Origin: Pocillopora damicornis
Taxonomy: Eukaryota
DNA length: 63,796 nt
Direction: 5' to 3'
Assembly (NCBI RefSeq): GCF_003704095.1
Contig: NW_020847337.1
Span: 62,205 to 126,000, forward strand
Shown here: positions 12,500-26,400 of the stretch, piece by piece
Layout: each line of letters opens with the position of its first letter
How positions within the stretch are numbered: the first letter of the stretch is position 1
The notes under the pieces: generated by a model
What the model was told of the DNA's origin: nothing
What the model saw: the letters and a program-made list of their open reading frames with translations, nothing else
The model's database searches: none
Position numbers and translations under genes: made by a program

Positions 12500-12745
12500 G
12501 CGGCCAATCGAAACATAGGAAATATCACCAGAAGCGAATGAGACCTCAACCAAAAAAAAGGCAGAGAGACTGTAGCGCGGGTAGACGCAAATTACCGAGT
12601 TGCAATTAATTTACTTTTTAATTTAATTGGTCGGAAAGGAGACGCAAATTCCTTCACGAATCACTGAGCGAAGTACAGCGAAACCAATCTGATCCAGAAT
12701 AGTTTCAAAATTAAATTTAAAATTGCTCTCTACTGTTTTGTAACT

Positions 12746-15700
12746 TTACCTATTTATGTAAGCTTTTGACAACATATGACGGACTAACGACTTTTCTGAG
12801 CCAAAACCGGACGCTTTCGAGCCCTGGCACATAGCATATTGTCGATCTACAAGCTTAGGATCACAGATGACCGGATGGTATACGTGAACCAAGCCAGGAT
12901 CCGCCGCACGGAACACGCTAATGTCTTGATGCCTAACAAACTTCTCGTACAAATCCACATCTTCCAGCCCCCACCCCTGAATTGTTGTGTCAAAACCCCC
13001 AACAACTCGTAAATCGTGGTTGTAAACAGCGACTATGCCGAACGCATAAGCTCGCCAGAATCCAGCGTCCTTGCTCACTGTGAACTGGTCTTTGGGAACT
13101 GTATGATTGGGGTATGTGATCTCGGAATCAAACTGACTAAACACCATAGGATAATACACTTGTTGACCAAGTATCGTGTTCATACGAGCGCGATACAGAA
13201 ACTCGGCATTAAAAACCAAATCGACGTCGCAGAAGAACAACAAAGCACTTTTGTCAAACTGGTTCGCCCCAAGAGAAAGAGCAAGGCCGCGTGAAAAATC
13301 TCCTATTGCTTCCAGCCACAATAGATCTGCCTCAGGATACCTCGTTTGGTAGTCTTTCATTACAGTTTTGTGCTCATGCGCAGGAGTCACGGAAGGAAAA
13401 TATACCACCAGAAGTTTCGCATTCTCTCGTCGTTTCAGGCAGACGTCCTCGAAATTCTTCATAAAACGGCGGAACGTTCCAATGCGACCGGTTAGGGGGA
13501 GGATAAAATGCACCGAGGGGACCTCTTTTAGTAGGGGCTCGGCCCTGTAGACCATGTTGCCAAATGGCAATTGTAGAAAGGCGTGGTGACGCACGTGTAC
13601 TGTCATGCGCCTCCGGTTGTGTCCAATGTGCCGATGATACTTCATGAGCATGTCCATGAGGTACTGTGCACCGTACAGCGGATGTACTCGCATGTACCCG
13701 TGATTCATTTTTTTAAATTCAAGGCTGCGATGAAGAACTCGCTTTGCCTCCTCATTGATTAATCCCATTGTCTGCCCAAGCACGTGATTAAGTCCGTCTT
13801 TCCACGGGTCGCGCATGCCTGTTTCAGGCGGCTGAAGCGTGGCTAGGGAGTAGAATTTTTGCGCCGTGAACATGTCCCAAGGCTCATGGTATCTTGAACT
13901 AAGCTGGTGATGAAAATCTCGCGCGCCTTGGAGGCTGGTTTTTTCTTCCGTTGACAGCGAACTGATCGTAGAGTTCAGCAGTAGATCCATGTTCTTGAGG
14001 ACTCTTTGCAGCTTAGTTGCTTGGTGCTGAAGGTCTTGAATGCGCATGGACATGAAATGTGCTTGCAAACGGTACATGTACGACGGTTGTTTTACCGGGT
14101 GAAGGGTGATGGCCTTACGTACCGACTTTGTGTCCAGGTTACCATGAAATGCCTGCGACTTGCTTTGGTTGTGGTAGAACAGGGCTTGCATCTGAAAAAA
14201 AAAGGTCAAACTTGAATCAAAACAGAAAAATTGCACAATTTTATCTCAATTCAACGCTTTCAGAACACAAGTGAGCATCTCTTTTGGGAAACGCCCGTTA
14301 CAAGAGGACACGTAAACAAAAATTGATTAATAAAATGTTCTTCGAACTTTTGTGCTTATTATCCCTGATAAGGGCAGATAGACCCATGGTCTCTCATGCA
14401 TACTTAAAAATTATGCTTCAATGCAGTTTGCTACAAATTTATAATCGAACAATGTTTGGCGATGTAAAGTAAATGTTCAGCAAGAAACCGTTTTCAACAT
14501 CGAGGCTAGTGAAAGACTGAATCAAGAACAATACTGGATGAGGCCACAAAAGATAAAGACAAAAAGATGCAATTAAAAGTAAGTTCCTGATGGGGTGATA
14601 TTCATAGGTGGATTACAATTAGTGAACACAAAACATGAACTCAGTAAACTAGTGTGCTTCAATCTGTAAAAATATCGTTGTTAAAGCGAGCAGAAAGGTT
14701 CCATGGTCCATGAGCAGAAAGGGGACATAACAGTCTTAATAATTAGAGGATTTCCGAATGATTTTGTTGAAACAAGATCCTTTCACCAGAAATCTGGGAC
14801 GAAGTTACTTGCGAGAGCTCATGCATACACGCGTATGCTATTTTTGTATTCGAGTTGTAACCTCAACACTAACCGAGACCGTCACATTGTGAAGTTTCCA
14901 AATAAGAAATAAGAACTACAAAAGGGACCTTTATAACTGTTTTGGCATTTCAGAATTGGGATGGAAGCGGGTTTACAAACTTTCGTAAGAACTATTTCCT
15001 AGCAAGACTGGAGGAAACTAAGTTATGCTGAAGCGTGTTACGCACAAAACTATATTGACTGGCGGTACAAAGGTCGATGAACTAACATAAAGTTGTCACC
15101 AAGGGAACGTTCGGGAAACATTACAGACCATTACAATAGATGGTACTTCAACTTTTTTCAGTAAAGCTGTTTAAGTTCGTATTTTTATTGAGCTTTGTTA
15201 ATTTGCTTAGTGTATCTTGCCACCGTATTACTTAAATATAACTGCGCTTGAGATTTAGTTGTTGGAAAGTTCATTAAAACTTGACTTACCCAATGCTTTT
15301 CAAAAACAGAATTTAGATTCATTAAAAAATTTCAGAGGACCATTGCAGAGCTGAGGAGAAAATGGTTTGAGAATGAAATCCCAATTACTCAGCACATTAG
15401 CTTACCCTGTAACATAAATTATGATGTTGTTCACTATTGTTTCTTAATCTGTTCAAACTTTGGTCTTTTGCTGTACATCACATGGGTTGAAGCTCTTACT
15501 TTATCTTACAGCCAATACAATAAAACAATTTGCATCATTTCAAAAATTCACGGTGAGAGTTTCAATATTACTTTGTTTTGGCAATGAAAACGTCATTAGT
15601 TGTAATAGTCTGAGTAAAGAAAGCACTCTGAATTCAAGGTATTGAACTAAAGGAAAATGCAATTAAAAAAAAAAACTGGAGCAAACTTGTTACATATTTG

Positions 15701-16854
15701 CCATGAGCCATCCTCAAAGGTTGGGGCAAAAATATGATTGAAAAAAATAATTTACTATCTTTTGTGTCCCTACAGCCTAAAATAATGCTCAATAAATTTA
15801 AAATATTAATCTAAACCCCTTTTTTTTAAGTGGCCCTGAACCTATAATTAAGCTTTTTTGAAAACTATTCCTGGAGAATAATTTTCTTCTACCATTTACA
15901 ACCTGATAAAAGAAATATGCAAGTTCCAAAACTCCTAAATTAGAGTTGAAAGTGTTGCCATGGGAAAACAAGCAAATGAAAAAAATGAATTGTTGGTGAT
16001 GATCTGGAATTTGTGCTATACCATTGTGAAGCTAAAATAAACTGTGAAAAATTAGAAAAGCTATTTATCCAACAAACAATAGGGCCTAACAAAGAATACC
16101 TTCCTTGAAATAAATGTCTGAATATTCAATCAACTAAAGTGCTATTTGCACATCTTTGAGTAAATAATCAATTTGAGAGGGAAACAGTAGAGCAGCTGGA
16201 AAAACATGAAATTTAACTAAGAATTTTAAAGTAAATAACAAAGCTTTCTTTTCCCTTCCCTCCACACAAAAGAAAGAAAAATAGTATCCCTAAATTTTTC
16301 TTGCATATGTTAATCAACACTGGTTAACACTGATATTGTTTAGGTTTTTAAGAAGGGTTATATAATTTTTTAATACAATTTCAATTCTCAGCTTTGAAGA
16401 TGGGAAGAGCCAAGCCAAGACAAAAACTGTTGATAATTCTAAATTGGATACAACTTAGAGGTAATTCAGGGCTCAAATCATGCATTCAATTAATTATTTT
16501 AAAAAAATTAAGACCTTTTAGACCAACTGCATGTATTATCACAGAAACTACAAAGGTCAAGGTAATCTTCTTTTTTATCTACAGCAATTCACATACACCA
16601 CAAGCACAAATATTCAAAGGGCCTATATAAACAGTACTTTACAATATCTTCAACAATTTAAGCTTACCAGTAAAGAAAACCAACTTTTTGGAGTAACTTA
16701 CGAGAAACTGAAGCATAAAAATAGTGTATACCCTGATTTCAGTATACTTGGTATTTGCTTTATTTCATGATAGTCAGATTAAATTTAGGATGGATAAACT
16801 GAAGCATTGATATTACAGAATGGCATAAACCCCAACAGATTGTTTTTAGTGGTG

Positions 16855-16886
<32 letters not shown>

Positions 16887-18510
16887 ATAAGTGCTCTAAT
16901 AATTCAAGAGTATCTGTTTTGAATTATTATTCTTAAGAGAAGAGAATTCATGGTGTGAGTTTAAATTCTTGATTAAGAACTCAACATAACTGCCCTGGTC
17001 AATTCTAAAACCTGAACTTCTCAGTCTAGTTTTCAGCATGCTATTGAAAGTAAACAAGAATTCCAAAGCACTATAGATATGCCCTCTCACAATTCAAGAG
17101 TATCTTTTTTGAATTATAATTTATAAGAAAAGAAAATTCATAGTAAGAGTTTAAATTCTTGATAAAGAAAGATATACTGTATTTCTCACTCACAGAAATG
17201 TCAGAGTAACAATTTAAAATGACACAGACTACATCATTTTAAATTAGAGCCTGATCATCATAATTGTGTTGAATGTTTGAGGTAATCATGGAAATTTTTT
17301 GTAAATGTATTCTGTGACTATTTTTATTATGAACATCTCTATAGACACCAGAACAATTCAAAGAAAGAGAAATTAAGTCTAAATGTGAGCAGAGGGAAGG
17401 TGTTAATCAAAAGCAAATAAGGAACACAGGAGCTTGAACTTCCTGCATCAGACATGTTTAACTGTGACATGATAAATCACACAAAAAATGTTCTGTTTGA
17501 TACCTACACTAAAGGAAAACACGGAAAATAACTTTTGCCCCCGTCTTTTCGACCCCCAATTTGATTAAGCTACCGCCTCGCACTCAGACACCCCCTCCCC
17601 TCCCCATCTTGCGCCGTTCACCCCGCCGTCCGCTTATCTCTTGATCATGACCTCAACAGTGAGTATGTTAAAATTAATTCCGCCGCATACTTTATAACGC
17701 GAGTTCATCCCACTCTACCGACGCAACTTTAATATAGCAATAATAAATCAAGAACAGAAAACTTACCTCAAAAGACCAAGTGCATGGAATCCCCACAAAA
17801 CGTTTAATACATCGCCCAACCTCCACATCTTCATGCGATGTGAGCAAATGTTTCAAACAATATTCGATATGAGGTACAACCTTCTTCAAAACGCTTCTGC
17901 TTATAATGACTCCTGGACCACCCATACAAAAATTGTCTCCAGAGCCCAAACCCAGCAAGCCTTTTTCGTCTTTAGATCCTGTTCCAGCTTGGCCAAGATA
18001 AATGTCCTGAGAACTATTTAGGGACTGAAGAAAGCTTGCAAGTTTCTCGGTCCTAATGTAAACATCATCATCCGAACGCATAAACCACTCAAACTGGTCG
18101 ATATAGTTGTCATGCATGTACTTCAACATCATCATGGACTTTCTCTGAGGAGGGTATGAATCATCCACGCCGGGTAAACTCACAACGGGTAATTCCATCT
18201 TAGTCTGGGACGTGCCGCTTGAGAAGAACTCTAACTTACCCGGGACGTTTCGTCCCCACGTATCATGAACTGCCTTCGCTCGCGAATCGAGAAACATCTC
18301 AGCCGTCATAACTCCAATAAAGATTAAATGTTTGGAGTTAAGCTCTTTAGACAATGTGCTCGGCCGTACGTCTCTGATAAAGTTCATATGGCAACGCCGT
18401 GACTGGACGGGCAGAAGATTCTGCCGGAGGAACAATGCCACAGTGAAGCCAAAAATCAACCCGCCAAACATCGTAACAACTCCTCTGATACTCATGTGTC
18501 TCGATTTCAT
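12746..18510 (-). CDS. CHSY1: Chondroitin sulfate synthase 1-like, 2 coding exons (~729 aa)
   Basis: Exons 18510-17767 and 14191-12746 (phase 0, WSFE|MQALFY). N-terminal type II anchor, LPGVDDSYPPQRKS, EWFMRSDDDVY, NFCMGGPG, HEDVEVGRC, then FSRGLAL, FFCDVD and GWGLEDVDLY in the second glycosyltransferase domain. Confidence 0.93.
16901..17170. repeat. ~80-bp direct repeat pair in the CHSY1 intron
   Basis: aattcaagagtatct.ttt.gaattat...gagtttaaattcttgat.aagaa occurs at 16901-16979 and 17091-17170. Confidence 0.7.
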
Positions 18511-20662
18511 GGCTTACAAAGACAAAAGTCCTTCTAGACTTTAGAAAATAGATAAATATTTTAGCAGTCTTCGAACTTTACGAAGGTATAAAGGACCAGG
18601 GACTGAACATTTTAGTGAACAGTAAAGGTTTCAAGAAGTTCGCTCTCTCAGTGCCAGCCATGTTTGCTATATCCTTACGTCACCATTCACGTGCAAAATT
18701 CTCGAATATTTGCTCCAGCTTTCCGTCTCCGAGGGAACGAAATATTTGGACGCTTATCTTTCTTGCACTTTGATTTCTCCCATCTTTCCGGCCACGAGAG
18801 CGTCCTGTAAACTGCGCTTTTTCTTGTTTAAATTGTTGACTCCAGTTCAAGCCCATTGAGACATAAATAAATCATTTCGAGGACTCTCATTGGCTAATCG
18901 CCTAGTTTCACCGGCAACCATAACAAAAGAACCGACAAGAAGTAAGCTTTTCCACGCTTCGATAAATTCGCACTGTCTTCTGCTGATCGGAAAAGAAATA
19001 AAAAGAAGCGACGACAACAAGCCAGTAATTAAAGCTACTCTTGGAACAACAAGTCAAACTGAACTTTCCAGCAGCCAAAATGACTTTGTTCTTTCTATCT
19101 ATTAGCACTTTTTGGTCGATGTAGTGTGAAATACATGGCAAACCGAAACTAACTGCTCATGTCAAAATTTATTTCCAGAAGGCGATCATTCGTCTATCTT
19201 TACATCTAAATGACCTTAAAAAAAATAGCACCAGGAAAGCCCTCTATAACTTGCACTCTCCGTCTTTGCGAGATCTTGCCCAAGGGTAGTGATTTTGTCA
19301 TGTCAAAAATGTTCCCAGATTTCAACCCCAATTTAGGCTAAACAAACAAAGGTAGTCATTTTGAAAAACTCTTGATCAAGGGGATTAAACGCTTTGCACT
19401 CAAGTGTGAATAATCAAAACATTCTTTCATATGCTCTGATGCTTGTGTTCACTTCAAGGGATCGACAGGCTCACAACTTTGATATGACTGTCTTATCGCT
19501 CTCATACAAACTGTCAAAAGTTTAATTGCAGAACTGGCTCCACTGAAAGTTGTTACATCAAGAACATAAATTTCCTCGCCTTTTTAAAAATATTTTATAT
19601 TGCGATCGAAGGCTCTCTGCTTGTGATTTCATTAGAGCTACTCTTATTAGTGTACTGGTACTTCGTTTCATTTTTTTTCTCCTCTTTTTTCATCTTATAA
19701 TTAATTTTTTTCTTTGTCATGCAATGTTCTCTATTCTGGGAATAGACTTGAATCGCTCCCCTCTAAATCTGGCATTACATCGTCAATGAAATCATGCTAA
19801 AATTGAAAATCTTCAAAGGGGGGTTACTGGGGGGTATAAATCCTATTTCCTGATCTTGAATAGATATTTTCAAGTCCCTCCTAATTACCTCAGTCTTAAT
19901 AATGCCAAATCCACCCGAGTTCTCGACTGCGGCCGACAGCTGGTTTATTCCCGCCCTCGATCCTCCCCATCTAGAGTCAGAGTCGGGGTTGAAGCATGAA
20001 GCAGTATTCGATTACAGTCTAAGAAATACTTTATCACCGAGCTTCGGTGAAAATCGGAATTTATCTGTGCAAATTTTATAAAATACAGAAAACGAAAGTC
20101 TTCAACGAAGCCGAGGTAGATCTCAAAATCGCTTTCGACTCCCGGGTGGGAGTTAACATCTTTATGGCAAAAAAATATCCGACTTCTTTCTGACCTGACG
20201 AATGTTTGATTGGGAATGAAAAAGCACGCGTTCTAATCGATAACCATGCGATATTTTCTTTGAGCAACCGTTAAAAAGAATCCCCTGTATTTATTATATT
20301 TTTGCATAATCATTATATTCCCACTTGCGAGACGAAAATAATTAACAAAAAAACGGAAAAAAGTTGTTGCAAGGAACCGGTACTGATTTATCGCCAACAT
20401 GGGGGTTGTAGGCGAATGTTGGGGATCACATGGTTTTCAAAGGGAACTGAGCGAGGATCAGTCGTCTCCGAAAGAGTTCAAAGATGGGACTAGGGAAAAG
20501 TGTCAGCCAATTAGGAGGGATCATTGGAAAACTACAGAGTCTTATAGGTGGATCAGGAAAATTTTATCACGACACAATCAAAATCTTACGACACCCCTCT
20601 CTCCCCCGTCAAGTGGGCAGGAATTCGCCAGCAGTCCAGTAGCCAGCGGATTAGTTATCAAG

Positions 20663-23446
20663 ATGGCGGCTTTGGCTGGTATTCGAGTGGTTGAACTCGC
20701 AGGACTTGCTCCTGCACCGTTTTGCGGAATGATTCTAGCTGATTTCGGCGCGTTGGTCACGCGAATAGACAAAGTAAGAACTATGTCCACTACCGATAGA
20801 CTTGCTCGGGGAAAGAGGTCCATATCTGTAGACTTACAGACTCCTGAGGGGATGGCCATCGTGCGTAAGCTGTGCTTGAAATCCGATGTTTTGATTGAGC
20901 CTTTTAGACCTGGAGTTATGGAGAGATTGGGATTAGGACCAGAGATACTGTTGAAAGAAAATCCAAGATTAATTTACGCTCGATTAACAGGTAGTCTCTA
21001 TAAAGTAGAGTCTAAGTATTAGTTGCGGTAATTAACAACAGCAACAATCTGTAATTGGAATAACAAAAATTGCAAAAACAAAAACAAAAAAAAAACCCCA
21101 ACAGCAAAATGAAATTCATGATGTATGTCCTTTAAACAGCAAGTGTTTAGATTTTTACCTATATTTAATTTTTATTCACTGCTGGTGAAGTGACATCAAC
21201 ACTGTGGATTGTAAACATTCAACTCATCAAAAAGTAGACAGTAGGTAATATGAGGTGATATTTGTTAAGTTATTTTCCCCAATTTGTAAGCCTTATATAT
21301 GATGCAATGATAGTCAACTTACAAAAGTTGACTCAAGTTGAGAGAGCATTTTGCTGTTGTTATAAAACAAGAGACACACTTGTTTGTTCATAGAGGTGCT
21401 CTGAAAAGTCATTTTTATTATGTCCACTTACTCACCAATATGGAGGTGAATAGGGGACAATATTTACCCAGTTGCAAAGTGGTGAGGTAAAAATTTACCA
21501 CTTTCACTAACACTGAGATGAATAACTATTTCAGTACATACCAAATTAAAATTTAACTGTTGATGTCTCTTTGGCTGCTCAAAGGTGAGTGGTACTGGCT
21601 TGGTAATTCTAAATTAGCCAAAAGTAGACAGCATTATTCACCTGTGTGGTGTATGCTGAATTTAGATTTTTTTCCCAACACAAAAGAGAGGGGGGTTGAG
21701 TTAATTTCACCTGCATTAACCCCTCAACTCCTGAGGTGAGTAATTACATGGGTCCATGTTGTCATTCATGGTTCATGGAGTTGAAATTCCTTTTTCCTTA
21801 ATATTAAGGGTGTTATTAATAATAAAATCATCATGCTTAAAACTGAATTGCAAAATTATTTATAATTCAAAGGCTATGGCCAGACAGGATGTCATGCTAA
21901 GAGAGCTGGTCATGACATAAACTATGTTTCCCAAACTGGGCTGCTTTCAAAGCTTGGACGCAAGGATGAGAAACCCACTGCACCCATCAACCTTCTAGCA
22001 GATTTTGCAGGTGGAGGACTGTCATGTGCTTTTGGAATTTTGCTAGCTTTGTTTGAGAGATCTCAATCTGGAGAAGGCCAAGTTGTTGATGCCTCTATGG
22101 TAAAGTGTTGTTTATATTTTTATTATTGATATAAATAATATGAAAGAGAGAGCTGTGCTTGATGTTTTCTGTTAACCCATCAACTTACACATGTGGTTAA
22201 CATGTCACCCTCATGGAGTAATTTTTATTTTATTAAGTCAGTTTTTAAAGATTTCTTTTGTTTATAACTGTTTTTTTTTTTTAACTTTTTTCTTTTTTTT
22301 GAAGGTTGATGGTGCAGCATATCTAGGATCTTTTATTTACAAGAGTCTTGATATGGGATTCATCTGGCAGCATCCTGAGCGTGGCAGGAACTTGTTGGAT
22401 TCTGGGGCACCTTTTTATGATACATATCAAACATCTGATGGAAGATACATGGCTGTTGGAGCCATTGAGCCCAAGTTTTATCAAAATCTTATTAAAGGTT
22501 TGTCGTTAACATTTGTTCTTTGCACCATTAAGTTGTAAATTTAAATTAAAAAAAACATTTTTAAATGCTGTGATTGGTCATTGAATACCATTGAATCTGA
22601 GGATTGGCTATTTAAACAAGCAGTGGCCATTTTCTTGAGCAAAAGGGTATTCTAAAGATCTTCAATTTAGCCACATTATTTTATGAATCTGACCTTAATT
22701 TGTAAAGGTTTGAAGAGAGTCTTCATATAATCTTTGACTGAATCGCTAGATTTATACAAATTCCTTACTTTTGGCCAGTCATCAAAAATTACAACATTTT
22801 GGGAGAAAAATGTAGTTAAGAACGCTTGAATTGCAAAATTTAATGCCTTTTTTTCATTTTTGCCCATTGAAATTGGGAATATAAACCCCGCAAAATACCA
22901 TTGCATTGCATCTAATTTCTTCCAGCAATTCAGATGAATGCAAAATTAAAGACCTGCAAAATAAACTACCAATAAGGTAGTCGCTCTAAGGATTTTAAGG
23001 GTATAAGGTTTGCATTTTACTGAAGGTGATAAATTTTTTTAGGGCTCCAGTTGGAAGAAAAACTTCCATCTCAATTTGATATAGATCAATGGCCAAAGGC
23101 TAAAGAGGAAATTACCAAAGTGTTTCTAACAAAGACTCAGTCTGAGTGGTGGGAATTATTCAAGAATCTTGATGCTTGTGTAACACCAGTTCTCACTATG
23201 GATGAAGCACCTTATGAACCACACAATGAAGAAAGAAAGACGTTTATTTGGAGTGATGGAGCATATGAACCTACTCCTGCTCCCAAATTGTCCAGAACAC
23301 CAGGCTGTTGTGAGAGCAAGCCTCAGCCAAAGATTGGGGAACATTCCATGGAGGTTTTACAAGAGATTGGTTATACAAGAACAGAAATTCAACAGTTGAT
23401 TAGTGAGGGTGTGGTTGATTACATAGACATGAAATCTTCTCTTTGA
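20663..23446 (+). CDS. AMACR: Alpha-methylacyl-CoA racemase (CoA-transferase family III), 4 exons (~383 aa)
   Basis: Exons 20663-20990, 21873-22099, 22305-22497 and 23043-23446 join in frame. Motifs [90 protein letters not shown]; C-terminal KSSL resembles a PTS1. Confidence 0.95.
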
Positions 23447-26400
23447 CAAGGTGTAGGATGCCTTTTTTGACCATTTAATAAAAATTTTCAGGTTCAGTTC
23501 TGGGGACACAAGTTTGTGGAGGGGTATAGTTGTTCAAGTTCGTACAATTTTGAACAGANNNNNNNNNNCCTCCCACCACCATCACCATTATTCTCACAGA
23601 GCATGGCTGAAGATGCGTATACCAAAAGAAAAAAAACCATCGGAATGGGTTTGAGGGGGGGAATTGTGCGATCATTCCGTCCACAATTCAGATGGTTCAT
23701 TGGATAAAGCAGACGAAAAACTTTCCGCGTTACTCGAGAACACCATCCAGTCCTGAAATTGTTTAAGAGAGTTTGCCATTGTAACCTCCTAAGGTCACCC
23801 AACGATTTAAACAAGCTGCCCACCGCTTGCGCGAGTTCTCTCCCTAATCTCATACACAGACCTTTCACAGCCACGCAGTTGTAAGTTACAGTTACACAGT
23901 AGAATCTGGGTATGAGATTATTTTCTCTCCGCACTAGCCTCACCCCCCGACAACCTGTAAAGAAGTCTGAGCATCAGAGTGAAGTTGTCTTTGTTTGTGA
24001 CGTCTGCTCGGTAAGTTGGAGCTATCAGCGATAACAATTATTTGCCGATTATTTCTTACCAAGGGGATAACAAAGCCTGTTTCAAGCGTTCAGTTAGTAC
24101 AAGGGCAGAGCTAGCGGAGGGGGGTTCGTAGGGTGCTCGTGACCTCCTCTTTGTAAGCCTTTATTTGTCACATCAAGTAAAACACGGCGTGGAGGTTGAC
24201 ATGACAATCTGGTGGAGTACCCTCTTTTTGACACAGCGTGACCATTCCCCCCCCCCCTCCTCCTTTGAAAAATTCTGGCTACGCCACTGTAGTAAAACGA
24301 AGCGTGATAGTAAACGTTGCGACAGTAACAGAGGAGTGAGCAAACGAGTGAGATTTGTGAATTGGCCCAAACATTCCTCGTTTTCGATTTTCCGTTAGTA
24401 GCCTATCGTTTCCTTAATTTTACGCTCTTTTTGCTACGCGAGCACCTGGAACAGGTTAGTAATTACACTGACTAAACGGCCGACTGTAACTCTCATGTAC
24501 AAAACATCCATTGTATCAAAAACAATATTGACGACTTTTTCTTCTTTTTACTGGTATGTGATGTGTTGTGCACGCGTCTAATACCTGTCTTCACTTGTTA
24601 GCCACGTGGAACAGGTATATAAAATCTCACGCAAAATATTAAAGTGTTGCCCCTCAAGCTGTAATATTGTTAGCCATGAGTTTTTCTCTTTTTTTGGCTT
24701 TTTCAGATTCACTTAACCAAACCATTCGATTAGATTAAAAGTTAGCTATTTCAGTGACTTCCTTCATTGTTGTCTAATATTCACTAATAGGTCTTTTTTC
24801 GTAGATGTCGTGTCCGAACCAGAAAAGTGCATTGAGATGGTTGTCTCAGTTTTCAACTTCAAATAAATAATTGAGAACAAGAAAGTAACCAGAAAGCATG
24901 ATTCGAGCTAAAACAAAGCGTAAATATTTGTTTAAAGTTTAGAGACTACGACTGAAACCTGGTACGGATCTGAAAAAGGTGTACAGAGTCAGGATTTGAA
25001 GAACTGAGCGGCGTCTCCCCAGGAAGAACTCTAAGGAGTACCCACCCCACCCTGGGCAAATAGTGATCCAAACCACTAATCCCGTAGTTTTATCACATCA
25101 TCGATCCACACAAGAGGACGTTCTCCTTCAGGTAAAAAGAGACCCTGCTTACAAGTGAATTAACCTCTTTTTTGCAACTCTTTTTTTCCATATGTTTGGC
25201 GTGTTGAGTATTAAGCCTTAAACAAGTTCCTACTTGCCGCGAGTCTGAGCAAGTTCTTGTTGCTCCGGAATTGAAATTGACACATGTTATTCCAAATTTT
25301 CCTTCATGCATTAAGCTACTATATCTACCTGAGGCTTCCGTTTCCCGTATGTAGTGTTTGTTTACTCAGAACGGTGTTTCAGATAAGCTCTTGACTTGGC
25401 TTTGTGCCTGGTTTCTGAGCGATGCATCTGGCTAATTGGCCAGGAGCCATTGTTTCATCTGGCTTTAACAATAAAAATCACCCCTATTCACTGTCTCTGT
25501 TTTGTGACCCAAAGGCATATGATTTTGTGAGAACAAAAGACAGGCCTGGTAAAAGCCTTACCCAAAGCAAAATATACATCGTTTATGGCGTGCGTCTACT
25601 ATAGCTTACTGGTCAGTATGTTGTTGCGTAATTATTCCTGAAACGAAACGTTCCCAGATTTAATTTTTAATATTAATGGCGAATCTAGTAATATATACCT
25701 TGATATATACCTTGAATAAAATTGTTTACCATTAACTTTGCGGATAAGCGCGAAGGCATACAGCGAAGGCGGGCCCAAAAATTAGAAACTGCGCCCAATA
25801 ATCTTGCGAGAGTTCGACCTGAAAGGAAACTGATCCAATATCCCGTGTACTGCTCCCCAGGCTACGGAAACGTTGGCTGTGCAAGCTGATCTGGCCCTCA
25901 AGTTCCACTCCCGCCGTCTATATCTAAAACTTTCAGAATGCTACACTTTAAACATGTCATCAAACTATAATTTATGAGTTAGACGTGGCGAATTCTCGCG
26001 ATCTCTGACTCTGTTAAAAAACTTGTAAGGTCAAGGGTCTCGCAAATTGTCGTTAGATAGGGCTTCTATGCGTTTTCAATTTTCGTATCGGTGTGTCTCG
26101 CGGAATCGTCGGACTTTTTTTTCTTTTTCCTTTTTTAGTCTATAATTGTGAACGAAGACTGTCTGCCTCGGAGTGTGGCAAATATTTTTTTCACTGAACC
26201 CCTATAGATTTGATAGCCAAATATAATGCTTCGTAGAAAGAGATCCAACAGTCCAACAGCCAGGAGAAAACAAAATAAGCTGAGCTCAGATAAGAGTGAC
26301 AAGGCTTGTCAACACTTCTGAAGACTTTCGCAGTCTAGTCAGAGTCGCCCGTGTAGGAAAAGTACTAGTCTCGCAATATTTCACCAAGAGCATCGGCATG

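Noticed and set aside
12075-12553. ORFs with poly-Tyr/His tracts 3' of CHSY1
   Set aside because: Translations of a microsatellite and low-complexity repeat; no coding evidence.
20399-20662. 88-codon upstream extension of the AMACR ORF
   Set aside because: Family homology begins at MAALAG (20663), which has a good start context; the upstream sequence looks like repeat-derived non-coding DNA.
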